From the NCBI RefSeq assembly GCF_006345805.1, contig NC_043010.1, positions 49,786,001-49,850,000 on the forward strand: DNA of 64,000 nt, given 5' to 3'. The notes below the pieces were generated by a model. That model saw only the letters and a list, made by a program, of their open reading frames with translations, did no database searches and had not been told where the DNA came from. The translations under genes and the position numbers were made by a program. Of the stretch, positions 41,044 to 54,357 are shown piece by piece; the first letter of the stretch is position 1, and the number at the start of each line of letters is the position of its first letter. Origin of the DNA: Octopus sinensis (taxonomy: Eukaryota).

Positions 41044-44000
41044 TTTTTTCTACAAATATCCAATTATCTTTTGTAGTATGACTGGTGTTTTTTTTTCTTC
41101 TTTTTTATAGATTTGGATATTTTTGTTAATTAATTAATGTAAATATATTTTAAGATACAACAAAGCTATGAGAGATATCTTCTACCTCAGTACCTAAAAC
41201 TAATTTTGATTGTGGGTAGAATATAGTTTAATTAATGCTACTTGTTTCTGGAATGACATTTAATTACATTATATTTTCCCACCGCAAAGTAAAAACATAT
41301 CTTTGACATAATTATTATCTCTGGCAAACTGTTAGTTTTCACAGTAATGAAAACTGTTATTGTTTGTCTTTTTCTTTAAAAAATACCTTCAGTTTATGAA
41401 GGTTTTTTTATGTTCTTTTTATAATCATCAGAAAAATAGATTTCCAAATTATCTGTAACTGCTTATGAGAGATCAAGCCAATGAGGGAAGGGAGGTTACT
41501 TGTCATGTTAGAAATAGTAACCAAATCTCCTTAAGCAGACCTTATCTTTAAAAAAGGACACATTGGATACTGTAGTTCAAGGTACACTGTTCCTGCAAAA
41601 AAAAAACACAAAAAACATAGAGTCAAATGACTGAAACAAGTAAAAGTGTAAAGTAAAAGAATACATATTTCTTTACAACCACAAGGGGCTAAACACAGAG
41701 CGGACAAACAAGGACAGACAAAGGGATTAAGTCGATTACATCGACCCCAGTGCGTAACTGGTACTTATTTAATCGACCCCGAAAGGATGAAAGGCAAAGT
41801 CGACCTTGGCGGAATTTGAACTCAGAACATAGCCACAAACGAAATGCTGCTGAGCATTTCGCCTGGTGTGCTAACGTTTCTGTCATCTAGAATATAACTA
41901 AACAAACATTACAATTGACAGAGTAATCTGAACATTAAAGGGTTAATGATGTTTCAGCCAGGACCCTCTTACTGTTTTTTTATGTTGTTTTTTTCCCCAC
42001 ATTGTGTGTATCTTGGACTATATTATCAGATGTTTCTGCTTAAATAAAATTTAAAAAATTAATGTAGTGTGTGATTGTGATTTCAGGCAGATTTGGCTGT
42101 TATTTCTAACAGGTCATGCAATTACCATTGAAGTTCCCTCTTTAGCTCAAACATACACATAGTACAAGTAGTGGAGTATGGAGTACCCAAGAGGGCACTT
42201 TGCAATTTGGAGTTTGATGTTGTTTATAAGTCAAGTAGCAGTAATATATTAATGTTCAATCACTCAATGTTCTCCCATTCCTTTTTGCTTTCAAGTAAGA
42301 AATTACACATGTGCATGTACACACATTTGTGCACACTATATTTGTAAATTCTTTTTGTTATTTCACTTTTTTCTTTTAGTTAATTACAATTTGTTAGTTA
42401 ATCTATCCATTTAGTAGCTAGTTAAGTGAGTCATTGAATATTTCATCTAATTTCGTCTGGCTTAAATTATTGACTAGTGTTCCTAGTAAACACTATTCAA
42501 CAATTTATTTTCAGTATATCTACTTAAGATTGATTGCTAGTTAGACATATTTAATGGGTTGTGATTATGTTAAAAACTACTTCATATAAATTATGATTAA
42601 TAGCTGGACAAATCTGTGCAAGTAACCTGGCTTCACCTTGTCATACCGCCTTCAATTTCTTCTGCATGTTTTGCAATTTCATTTGTGTTTTTGTGAGGGC
42701 ACTGTTAACTCATTTATCATTTGTGGCTATCACATTCGTTCTCTTCTCTCTTCTTCTCTATCACATGCTTAACCTGAATCCATCTTCAGCAAACTAGATA
42801 AGTTACCAAAGCTCATTCTCTTTCACATTTATCACTGCATATCTAGTGTATTAATTATACATTCTCTCTATTCTTTGCTTTATTTATTCATTCTTATTGC
42901 TGCTGTTACTATTAACGCTGCACAGGCATCAGACTAACATAACATTGCCTTCTCAAACCAAAAGTCTTTCTGTCATTACACATCAATAGATTCTAAAATC
43001 TTTCACCCAGTAAAATTATGATGCGTTCATTAGGTCATTTTCATAAATAATAATAATAATAATAATAATAAGCTTTCTTTTATCCTAATTTTAGCCAAAC
43101 AGCATTGTAAAGGGAGACCGTTTTTCTTTTCTTTTTCACATGTGAATTTAATACTAAATGCACCATGTTCTTTGTGTGCTGGTGCAATTAGAATCTTGGT
43201 AATGTGAAAGTTATATCAAGTTTCTATTTGTTTCTTTATTTCTTGTCAACTGAAGAAAGCTGCTTTCTTCATTCGTATGCTGCTCATTAACAATTTTGAA
43301 TTTTCCCATCTTCACCTTAATACCCTAAATTCCTCACTACCGTATTTCCATGCATTAATTTTAAGCCATTACTTCTTTATTCTGTTCGTTCAGCAATGCA
43401 ATCTAATTGATTGAACTCTGCTATGAGAGCTGAATTCATTGTGATGGCAAGAAAAGTCAAATGATGGGAACAGAACCTGAATAAAGACTTAGCTGGACTT
43501 CAAATTCCTCTTCAACATGTATAATTAGCTCGATTCTGCTTCTAACATTTACATGATTGGCTTAACAGTACCACACCTAACTTATTCATTATCCAACAGA
43601 CTAACTTCTAGGTCAACAGAACTGATGCTTAATTGCTTGTTTTAGCCAACTATTTTCTCTTCCACTCCCACTTCTGAAGCTCCCCTGCACAGTAGGAATA
43701 TGGCATTAGCCAACATTTGTCCTTGGCGGAGTTCCAAGCTCCATGGTGTCTGTCTTGAATCATTATGGTAACTAACTTAAATGTTATCCACCTTTATCAC
43801 TTTGTCTCTTTTTTTCTTTTTTTGCTTTCTTCTTTTCCTTGTTTCCTTCTTTTTTTTCTTCTGCTTTCTAATTTCTCTCCCTTTGTGATAGAACTGAGCT
43901 GGATGGTACACAGACACATATTCTCTTCATCTTTTTACTCCCCACTCTATACACATGTGTATGTGTGTATGTATGTATATATATATATATATATAATCTC

Positions 44001-44409
44001 AGTTTTTCTTATATTATGATACGCATTTGATAATAGCTGATATAAAAGCAGGGTTCATGCAGCTTGTTATCAACCATTCCTTTTCTTCCTTTTTTTTTGT
44101 TGGTTTCCTTCTCGCCCCTTTTGCCCCATCTTCTCTTCCTTCTTTGAACCTGATCTTACTCCCTGTGCACATCCTGCTCTCCACCAACATCGTCGGCCTC
44201 ACCAGCTTAAGAGAAAGATACCATGCCCCCCCCCCACCTTCTCAGCCTAAATAACAATAACAGAAACTACATAAATAATATTTTGCAAAATGATTTCAAT
44301 AGTGTGAGATTTCATTTATGATTGTAAATTATTTACTACGCTCTCTACTAACCTACTTTCTACTCATCATATTGCAAATCAGTGTTACATTTGTAATTTG
44401 TTTTATTTT

Positions 44410-44820
44410 TCATTTGGATATAAATTATTTTTCGTGTTACATGTCCTGTCCATTTGGTAGTGCAGTTGTATTTTCTGTATATATTCAGTTTTGATTTTGA
44501 AGAGCATTTTCTTATATCTCCCTTTCACAGTCAGTTGATGCTTATTTGTACATTGGCTAGAATCTTTTGCAGTATTTATTTTCACTTCACTGTTCTCTAA
44601 GTTCAAATCCTACAGGGATCAGCTTTGCTTTTCATTCTTTCAAGGTCAATAAAATACTAATCAAATACTGGAAGTCTACTCTTTGTCTTCTGGTTCTCTC
44701 TCTTGTTAATGTAACATATAAATTATGCACCAGAAACTTAACTCTATTGGACAAGAGTCTGATAGAATCCATAGAAGCAGATGCCAATGAGCCAAGCAAC
44801 AGTTCTAGTCAGTCGTTTCT
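44410..44820 (-). pseudogene. Possible decayed RTE RT C-terminus
   Basis: Minus-strand fragments YQTLVQ..SGA and DIRK...KWTGHVT resemble RTE 'Y...V.P.L.YGAETW' and 'KWRWAGHV'. Confidence 0.3.
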
Positions 44821-45215
44821 TATAGGTGCAAATTCCCTATGTTTATTACCTGTATTTCATTGCTTCAAAGACACCATTGTCTTAGATATAATTACAGTCT
44901 GTATTTCATTCTGATTGAAGCTTCTCCCACCCAACTCATACTCTAAAGCTCACTACTACCATTTTTATGACTCTGACGGTTCTTTTCTCTAGTTACCTTA
45001 GATTATCTCATTCAGTATCTGTTAAAAAAAAGTAATTATAATCAAAATTTTAATGACAGCACATTCATAAATTGAAAGACCTATTATTAATATCTCGTTA
45101 ACTTTGCTTGATCTCATTGTGTGTTTCCTCCATTCAAAGACCTATTGATGGTGTAACAGCTATTATGGTCTCTTGTTTCTGTCACTGGGCTGTGGCCATA
45201 CTGTGGCACCACATC

Positions 45216-45464
45216 CAGTGGTTCTCAACCATTTTTTGCCTATGGACCCATATGATTTCTATTTTACTCCACTGGACCCCATAGCTATTTGATGTTTTAA
45301 AAAAATCTCGTTATATTTTTATAATTAAATATTAGGAATTGTGTAAGAAAAAATTGAAAAAAATATTTTCTGCACTGTAGAAGTATAACCAAGCACATAA
45401 TTTTTAACAATAAAATCTTATATAGTCCCCCAAGGGCCATACAGACCCCAGTTGAAAACCACTG
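45216..45464. mobile_element. hAT-type MITE inserted in a SINE
   Basis: TIRs CAGTGGTTCTCAAC / GTTGAAAACCACTG. No matching TSD. A 3' fragment of the same family is at ~59870-60032. Confidence 0.8.
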
Positions 45465-46837
45465 GTTTAGTCAAACTAATCAACCCTAGTATATCTTTTT
45501 TTCATGCCTAGTACTTATTCCATCAGTCTCTTTTCCCAAATCACTAAGTTACAAGGAATATTAACAAACCAACACTGTTTTGTCGAGCCAGTAGCAAGGG
45601 GGACAAAGGCATACACACATACACTCACACAACAGGCTTCTTTCAGTTTCTATCTGCCAGATTCACTCACAAGGCCTGAGTCAGCCTGATGCTATAGTAG
45701 AAGACATTTGCGGAAGGTGATGCACAACATGACTAAACTCAAGACTGTATGGATGGGAAGCAAGCTTCTCAACCACACAGCTATGCCTGAATAAATTTTC
45801 AATATACTTCTGCATTTGCTTCTATATTTTGAAGCTAAAATGCTCATTTCTGAAATGATATTGCATTGAGTTGTTGGGGAATTGGTTATATATGTGATCC
45901 AGTTTCAATTACTATTTCAAACTGCCACATTGTCTTGATGTAGTAGCAGAAACTTAAAGTACTGCATCAACTCTTACAGGATGAAGTTTACTTTCATAAG
46001 ATTTAGAGATCAATAAGATTATTACAAAACTTGGGTTGGGACTGATTTAGTTGTTTATAATTTTTGTCAACAAGTCTGTAGCTAATGACTGAATGGTCAC
46101 TCACAAACAAGCAAATGTTGAAGTGTGTTAGATGAATGCAGGAGGAGTATTGAGTACCTGTTGTAGAATATTTCACTTACATAAACTGGATGTTTACCTC
46201 ATGGCTCAAGATATGCATTCAGTTTAAATATATTCTGTACATAGACACACACATGTATTTATATCTTTGTGTTTGTATATGTCGTTGTATAAAATAATCC
46301 TGAGATCAAGAGGTACAAGATGTGAATACAGATTTATTATTACTGTATGATTACAGCTGTTTCGTAGTCTTTTCCATGGAATATTTATTTCAACATTCCA
46401 GATTATATACTTACATTTAACATCTGATCAATGTACTTTCCTTGATTATCTATGACTTCTTTCCATCTATTTACAAGCTTTTTAATTCCACATCAATGTA
46501 AAACTCTTTTGGTTTCAAAGCGTAGAACTCTGAAATGTCAGTTTCGACCTCCTCCTGGCTTGCGAAAGTTATGTCCCCCAAATGATTCTGTAAACTATGA
46601 AACAAATGGTAGTCTGAAACAAACTATGAAACAAATGCTCTTTGGATACTTCCATGTTAGAAAGGGTTTTAATCAAAGAAATTTTAATTGTATTATTCTG
46701 TAAAATAATATTTAATTAGTTTAAATGCAAAAAAATAATTTTTAATTCAATTAGACATTCTAAAATACTATCAAATTTCATTCAATTTTAAGAAAGGTAA
46801 AATCAGACAGAACTTATGGGATGACCTGATATATATA

Positions 46838-47210
46838 TCTCTATATATATAAATGGCAAAATGTCTGTGTGTGTGTGTGTGTGTGTATCCTTTATACAAA
46901 TCCACAATATTTTAGTTAGAGGGCTCGCACTTTCTATGGTCATTCAAAACCGTCCAAGGGTGGTCGTGCACATCTTTACATTTCCCCAGTCACCCCGTAA
47001 AGCCATTAAAAAATCAATAGAAGTGACTTTTTTGTGAATTTTCTATCCAAAACCCAATCAAAATGCCTTAAACTTGATACGCCAATTGAATGCCAGCTAG
47101 TTGTATGTGATTGGTCAGAGATTTGGACAGTACTCGTGTGTATCTGTGTACGCATGCAGCTGTATATGCATGCACTAGCACTATAACCCAGCGTTGGGTC
47201 ATAGTGCTAG
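46838..47210 (+). mobile_element. Non-autonomous Helitron
   Basis: 5' TC followed by TATATATATAAA..(GT)n; 3' hairpin ending in CTAG and followed by T; no TSD. Confidence 0.75.
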
Positions 47211-49343
47211 TATATTATATTTAGCATTATATGATACAATTATATATTCACATTGAGACATCCTGGATTTCTCTCTCTCCTCTCTATGTGCACGCGTGCG
47301 CGTACACACACAATGACTTGATTTCTATATCTATAAACAATTACAAATTTTTTATAGTTATTTTTGTTTCATTTGTCAATTGGCTCTTCAGTTTCCTAAT
47401 GAAAATACCAGAATATTTCAAGTGAGTTTATTAATAATACAGAACTATCTCTAAAATCCTATTTAAATTAACCACAACCCTTATTCAGCATCTAAGAAAT
47501 TTTTAGCGACCATGTGAGTTTTTTTTAAAGGACCTTGGGTGCAACTGTCTCTCCAGGACAAAATTGTTTTCTTTAATCCATTACCAGTTAAGTCTACTAG
47601 GCAGCTGGTGACACACATTTAACATTAAGAAGTACAAAAGTAATCTGCTTTACTAATTTTTTGTCTTTTTTTTTGCATTAGCTTTTCTTCTTATTTTGTT
47701 AGTTTTGTTTTTGTCTTTTTTTTTAAGCTGAAAAGAAAAACAAAAGCAATAGAAATATTTCATGAGGCTAATTGTATTTTCTATATTTTTAAGCTTTAGG
47801 TTTTAAGTAGGATGGCAAAGATTATTCATAGTATTAACCTGACCTTCTGTGTTGTTGTTTACAAAATGCTTCAAATACTACAATTTTTTTTGGCTCAGAT
47901 TTACTTGCTATATAAAACAAAATAATAATGAAATGGGGAAAAATGAAAAAAAAAAAATTGGAAATATAGCCTCAAGATGATAGTTTGCCTGTTGAAATAT
48001 GTGTATGAGCTCAAACTAATGTAGAAGATGAAAGCTGTGACTGGTTGATTAGCGAAGATTGTGATCTAATGGTCAAAGTTCTGCCAATTCAGATCTCATC
48101 ATTGCTATTGTCTACTGTTTCATTGCTCGTAACATTATCCCAATTGTATTTTTGCAATGAAAGAAGAAGAAAAACGAGTGAGTTTTGAACTTGTTACTTA
48201 AAGCAAATTTTAAATGTATGGCTTTTGAATCAGAGGTTCAGAACTTTCTCACACTGATCTCAATGTCGTTTTCTGCAAACTTTTGTATAGTTAGAATGCT
48301 AAACTTTTTGATACATGATATTACTTTGCAAAACGACTGATTCATACCAACTGAACCAACAAATTGCATAAACATGGTTTGCTTGACCTGTGAATAATAG
48401 CAGCAAAATTCCCTTTAAATCCCATTATATTCTCTGGTCAAGGTAGTTCTCAGTGTACAGAAAGACAGGATGTTCATTACTAGAACAACTTTGATCAGGG
48501 TTCCGTTCTCTCAGGGATTACTTAAACAACCACTTTGCCTTTTGAAAACCAAGAAAAACATTTGGGAAATGTTGGAGGAAGGAGGGTGGGGGTTAATGTC
48601 TGCACTTAGTAAAAATTCCCTAACACTGTTGTATGTGTCAATCAACTGTCTCCTGTATAAATGGCAGTCTTTGTTGGTGATCTTTATTGTCAACTGTGCA
48701 GGTCACCTATAGAAAACCTAGCTCTGTTCTCACAGGTTATTCACGAAACTTTGTTTGTTTCTTATATTTTGTTTTGAACCATGACAACCGACTGATGTTG
48801 GCACAATCTAGTTTCTGACTTTCACAACAAAATGACAAAACTCATGACCACCTATTCTATCAATTTCTAAGCACTAAGCTTTTTTTTGTTGATATTGTTC
48901 TCCATTATGCCCTTAATCCAATGGCCTGCAGTGTGAGTGCTACTACATTTGTCCTAGAGCCATTCACAATTTTGCAAATGTGTCATCAAGTGTTTTTCAC
49001 TTTTTTAATTTTTTTTTTTTTTTTTGGTATATCTTTTTTCATGACTGTATTATGAAATGATTTCAAAGTAGTTTACTTTCTTACCCTAACACCACCCAAG
49101 ATTTGCAATTCAATATCCAATAACTCATGTCAGTTATTATATGACTAATAAATAAAACAAGAAAAAATTCTTCTTTGGTGCAATTTTTAAGATTTTCTTA
49201 ATGTCTGGCATCAAGCATACATTTTTCAGGTTATCAAGTAAATCAAATTCAAGCTAAAAGTTATATTATCTTTAACACCTAGCATGAAATATTTTATATA
49301 GTTGATTACAAAATGATGTGCTTGGTTATATCATTTAAAATTA

Positions 49344-49617
49344 ATATTCTGTTGTGTCTGGGGAGAGTCATTTTCTTTTTGTGCCTTATAATTCAATACA
49401 CTCACCGGTAAAATTTCCACTTATTTCTTATTTTTATTTTCCTAAAATTTTCGTTGCATCTTGCAATCTTTTCATTAATCTTGACTATTGAAAAGGTTGC
49501 AAGCCGCAACGAAAATTTTAGGAAAATAGAAATAAGAAATAAGTGGAAATTTTACTGGTGATTGTGTTAAATATAAGGCATGAAAAGAAAATGACTCTCC
49601 CTAGACACAAAGAATAT
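49344..49617. repeat. Foldback (long inverted repeat) element, arms of ~115 bp
   Basis: gggagagtcattttctttt..ccttata..cacc.gtaaaatttccacttatttctta..ttttcctaaaattttcgttgc is mirrored at 49495-49601. Confidence 0.9.
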
Positions 49618-49851
49618 GCTTCAACACATGAACTCACATAAATAATCTTGCCAACCAAATCCAAAATGTTAATATTATTGTTTAACCTAAAGTTGGCAGT
49701 GATTATGCAAGCTTCTGATGAGAAGTGTTCCATCTTTGAGTGTCCTTTCTTTCTAGAATTATTTGAGACTCAACCAAGATAATTTTAAAACAAGGATTGG
49801 TTTTAGGTGGGCTGCTGTCAAAAAGGTTAAACATATACCTTCCTTTCTTAT

Positions 49852-50058
49852 TTAATTCTTTAGCAGTCAAATGTAAATGCTTTTTCATTCACATTGTTTT
49901 TAGTTAATCATACATTATTTTGTAGCTTTGAAATTTCGGTGATGTGATTGTATATTTTTAGAACGGTATGGCTAAAATGGTATGGATCTGGCTAGTCTGA
50001 GCATAAAACAGGTAGCGTATTTAGGTTGGGTATGATTGGTTTAAATGCTAACGGTTAA
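49852..50058 (+). mobile_element. TTAA MITE family 1
   Basis: TTAA ends; internal deletion. Confidence 0.82.
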
Positions 50059-50322
50059 GTGGGGAAATGGATCATTATATTAATACAATGAAAAGTCGAG
50101 AGTTGATCCTGTTAGTATTTAAAGCCAGAATATACAGTTGCAAAGTAGATATTTTTATAGCATCTCCTAATCTACACTTTACTGGTTGCACCATAAACAC
50201 TTTAGTTAATATGTTCACACTACATTAAAAAAATAAATAAAAAAAGTATCAGGTCTTGTTACTCAATTGTTATGATCACTTCTAGCTAAAAAATAGATGA
50301 TAGTGTTATATTGTCGTTCTAG

Positions 50323-50437
50323 TTGAGTGATCATCTGTGACCAGTTTTAAGAAAGTCCACCTGCACTAGCATGTCGTGTGAATATGCAGAATCATTCACT
50401 GCGTGCTAAAGTGGAAGAAAACTGCTATGCAATCGCA
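50323..50437 (+). other. Candidate exon (alternative first or internal); ATG at 50384 gives MQNHSLRAKVEENCYAIA, phase 0
   Basis: Donor CGCA|GTAAGT, possible acceptor ttgtcgttctag|, local CpG retention. In frame with the exon at 54358. Confidence 0.4.
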
Positions 50438-51030
50438 GTAAGTGGGTTGGGTTTTTGTCCGATTGTTTTGTTACTGTCATGAGGTAAATAATTCATGAAA
50501 AGGACAATTCAGGTGTAACAGTAAATAGTTCAACAAGAGGCGTTTATATTACAACCATAAGCTGAAGATAATGCGTATCAAAATTATCACTTTAACTGTT
50601 TTGTAGTAAAATAGTACTTTGGTCAAACTGTAGTCCTTCTTGCCTTCTCAGTCGGCCACCCAATCACATAACTTGTCCCCCCCCTCTCTGCGTGTGTGTG
50701 TGTGTGTGTGTAAAGAAAGTATGAAGAGAAGTTTTATGATTTTATTATAATACTGTGTAACATCTGTATCTTCATATTCCTCTGGAATATAAGGTCTTCA
50801 TACTCTAGCTCCTTGGAATCCTTCAACTGTTGATTTGATCCTGTTTACTCAGCATTACCACCAAAGCAGGGTCTTCTCAAAGCAGGAGAGGTACCATTGC
50901 AGCTATCCTCACTCCAACTCTTTCTCACTAGAGTGACAAACATCCAATATTTTCTCAACCAAATGTTGATCTGGAGAAACAACCTCATTTCAAATGGAAT
51001 TCCTCTAAAGTGACAGCTTGTTATTTATTG

Positions 51031-51256
51031 TTAACACTTTAGTATTCAAACTGGCCATATCCAACCAAAATATTCTACCTGTTTTATGTTCAAACTGGCC
51101 TTATCTGACCTCTGCCATCTACCCTATAATGTCATTCTAAAATTAAATAATCGCATTCATCAAAATCTCAAAGCTACAAGATAATACAAGGTTAATTCAA
51201 AACAATATAAAATAAGCATTACATTTGACAGAGTAGTCTGAATGCTAAAGGGTTAA
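51031..51256 (-). mobile_element. TTAA MITE family 1, reverse orientation
   Basis: TTAA ends; reverse complement of the family body. Confidence 0.88.
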
Positions 51257-51639
51257 AGATACATTTTTCTGAATTAATAGTGATGATTGCATCTTTCATG
51301 TGATCTAATATGATCTTCATCTTCAGGTTTAAGTCCTCTTTGGTAGCTGCACTCAAACATTTATCACCCTGAGTGACTATCTTATTTCTTTATATCATCC
51401 TCATTGGTCTTCTTTCTTTAATTTTTTTTTCTTTTGCAAATTGAAAAGTGGCACTTGTGGATTTTTTGTTCATATCATAGCCATATTAACAGACAAACAG
51501 GCATGTTGATAGTAGTAATGTCTTTGGAATTATTTATTTGAATTTGGTGGTACACACGTCTGAGATGGAATTTTGTAAAAATAGATGCAATAAACACTCC
51601 ACCCTAGCTAATGAGTGAAAGGTGGATTCTGTATTAGTG

Positions 51640-52250
51640 ATGAGATAAGAGTCCAAACAAATCTGATAAAACCTGCCTTTTAGTCACCACAAAAACACAA
51701 ATTTCTAGTTTGTGTATAACTACAATAGGAGACGCCCATTTCTTAACACCAGATGGAATTTTGTCTAATATGCCCAGCCTTAGAGAATTTAATCTTATCA
51801 GGGTCTTCATTGTCAAGCATAATAGAGTTGATATCATGGGTTATCAAAGTTTAATACATCAGTTCCAAGAATAGCATGGCTTTTATCACAGTCCCAGACA
51901 ATTACTGGTATGATTTCAAATTGAATGCCTGTTTGTAGAGTACCTTCAGAGAGGCCCAATGTTTGTAAATGTTGTTCCTTCTAACTTGGAAGTTGTAGTT
52001 GGCTTTCGAGAAGTTTTTGTTGACCAATAAATACATAAGATGTTGTTTGAAATTAAGGCAAAATTAATGTTATTCAATTTAACCTGGACCAAGATGGTCC
52101 TTCTCTTTCATTGTAGTGTACTTATAGTTATTTTAGTATCAGATCTTTCCCCAATTTGTTCTGCATTTTGAAAAGTTTTTCATTATGGTTGCAAGGTGTA
52201 CATTGGCAATTTTAGGCTCTATCTCATATAATCTCTTATTGTATGAAGTA
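51640..52250 (-). pseudogene. Ty3/Gypsy pol relic (start of RT)
   Basis: LNSLRLGILDKI...KWASPIVVIHK.LEIC matches L..L...GI.E.V..S.WASPIVVV.K..G.IRIC. The boundaries are approximate. Confidence 0.6.
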
Positions 52251-52382
52251 CACATATGAATCAAGTGACATGTTCAAGTTGCAGTTGTCCTGATGTCTTT
52301 GATCTTTGGGATGCTTTACATTAATGGGTATAATTTCTTTTATTCAATATTTTATCATATAACCAAGCTTATTGAACTCATA

Positions 52383-52465
<83 letters not shown>

Positions 52466-52839
52466 CCATAATTTCACCATCCACTTTTCCAAGTCCACAT
52501 GGGTTCACCGAGGCAAATTTCTATGTCCAGATGCCTTTCACGTTGCCAACTCTCATCTCTTTTTAAGTAAGCCAATATTTTTAAAGGGCCAGGCATGTTT
52601 TCATAGAAGATTGAAAACAGGAGGCACCACTTGTATGATGGTGACACTCGTTTGCAGCTGCCATGTGTTATGAAGACGCGGAGTTATGTCATTATGCTTA
52701 AGAATGCTTGTGTAGAAGCACAAGCATTTTCAAGGGAAGAATTTTTTTTATACACAGAGAAGTATATGTGATAAATGAGCAGATAAACATTCTTCTGAGC
52801 AGCCATGATTGCTCATATGTATATATGCGTGTAAGTGTG

Positions 52840-53322
52840 TGTGTCTTGAGATCAGCTGTCACCACTTCATGCCATGTAGTCCTGGTTCTTCTTCCTCTTC
52901 TTCAAACTCCCATCTACATTTTGTGATTGGCACTTCTTTATACAGCTGTCCTCATCTATACACATTACATGTCCAGACCAGTGCAGTCTTTTTTCTTGCT
53001 CATTACATTTCATTGCTTTGGTGCCTAGTTTTTCTCTCAGCATATTTGTTCTATGTTGTTCCTGCACATTTTACTTTGCACATCCAGTGGAGCATGCTTG
53101 CTTCATTTCTTTCTAGTCTTCTCAAGTCCTCTGAATTCAAGCACCAAACCTCACTACCATGCTGCATTGCAGTTCTAACACAAGCATCATACAATCTTCC
53201 CTGAATTTTTTCTAACATGTTGTTAGCTTTGCTACTTACTAAACTCTCAGAACAACCACCTCTCCTGCTAATTATGTCTCCAAGATAACAAAAGCAATCA
53301 ACTACTTCCAGTGAGCCATTCA
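52840..53322 (-). pseudogene. RTE-clade LINE RT C-terminal relic
   Basis: LEVVDCFCYLGDII..GGC...GRLYDACVRTAMQHGSEVW...LRRLERNEASMLHWMC...LREKLG...RLHWSGHV. Confidence 0.88.
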
Positions 53323-53329
53323 TGGGTTT

Positions 53330-54060
53330 TTACGGAAAATTTCGAATTCTCTTTTGTAGTAAATTTTGCCCTGATGAGACGGTTTCTTGAGGTTCTTAGG
53401 CTTTAAATGGTTGTTTTTTTGAGGATTATTCTTTTATCTTTGTACTTTGTGAAATTATTGAGAGGCATGCTTTAAAGAAGGTGAATATATTTGACACTTG
53501 TGGATCATGGATATTGACAAATGGAATTACATTGTCTTATATTTTTTGTGTAGATGTCATAAGTTGAGACATATCCAGTTTCATTGCTTTATTTTGATGT
53601 TGCTTATTAGTCTTAAAGGATATTTTTGTTGTTTTAGAAAACTTCTTAGTTCATCTAAGTTTATTTGCTTACTATTGTGCATAATTTGTCTTGTCATTCA
53701 GTATGGGATGTTTCATTTGATAGATGATATGAGGAAAAATTTAACTATTGGCATCTATCTGTCTTTTTGAAGAATATGTCTCTTGTAATTTTGGTATTGT
53801 ATAATGTTACAAGGATGTCCAGAAACAGTAGTTCTTTTTCGCTATTTTCTCTTGTGTACCTAATGGATGGGTGCAGGTTACTTAGAATGGTATAGAGTGT
53901 ATGTAATTCATCTTTTGATCTCTACTAAGAAAATAAAGCAATCATCAAGGAAACATTTCCACTTTTCAATTATATGTTCCTTAAAATTTTGGTTGAATTT
54001 AGTTTATATTTCTTGATATCAAGATATTGATTTCTCAAACATTCTCAACTGTAGTTAAGT
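53330..54060 (-). pseudogene. Penelope-like RT relic
   Basis: WKCFLDDCFIF...LSNLHPSIRYTRENSEKELLFLDILV...DIFFKKTD...LNFSSYH...LDELRSFLKQQKYP...KPKNLKK..RAKF. Confidence 0.85.
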
Positions 54061-54357
54061 GATGTACAAGAAATTACAACAGTTTATTAGAGTTGCTAAT
54101 ATATTTCTATGGTACAGTTGTTATTTCTGATTTAAACAACAAATTAATTTTTTTTTTATTTTTCATTTAAAATTATATGATTTGTTTTATTTTTCTATCT
54201 GCAAATGTTAACTAGAAGGGAAAATTATTCCAAATTCTTAGGAAAAAAATGTTCTCATCCATGGTATCATATTTAAAGCTTCTTTGTGACTTCCTAAATG
54301 CTTGTTGGTCTATTTTTGAGTTTAATTATGAAACCTTTTTTTTTTTTTTATTTGTAG

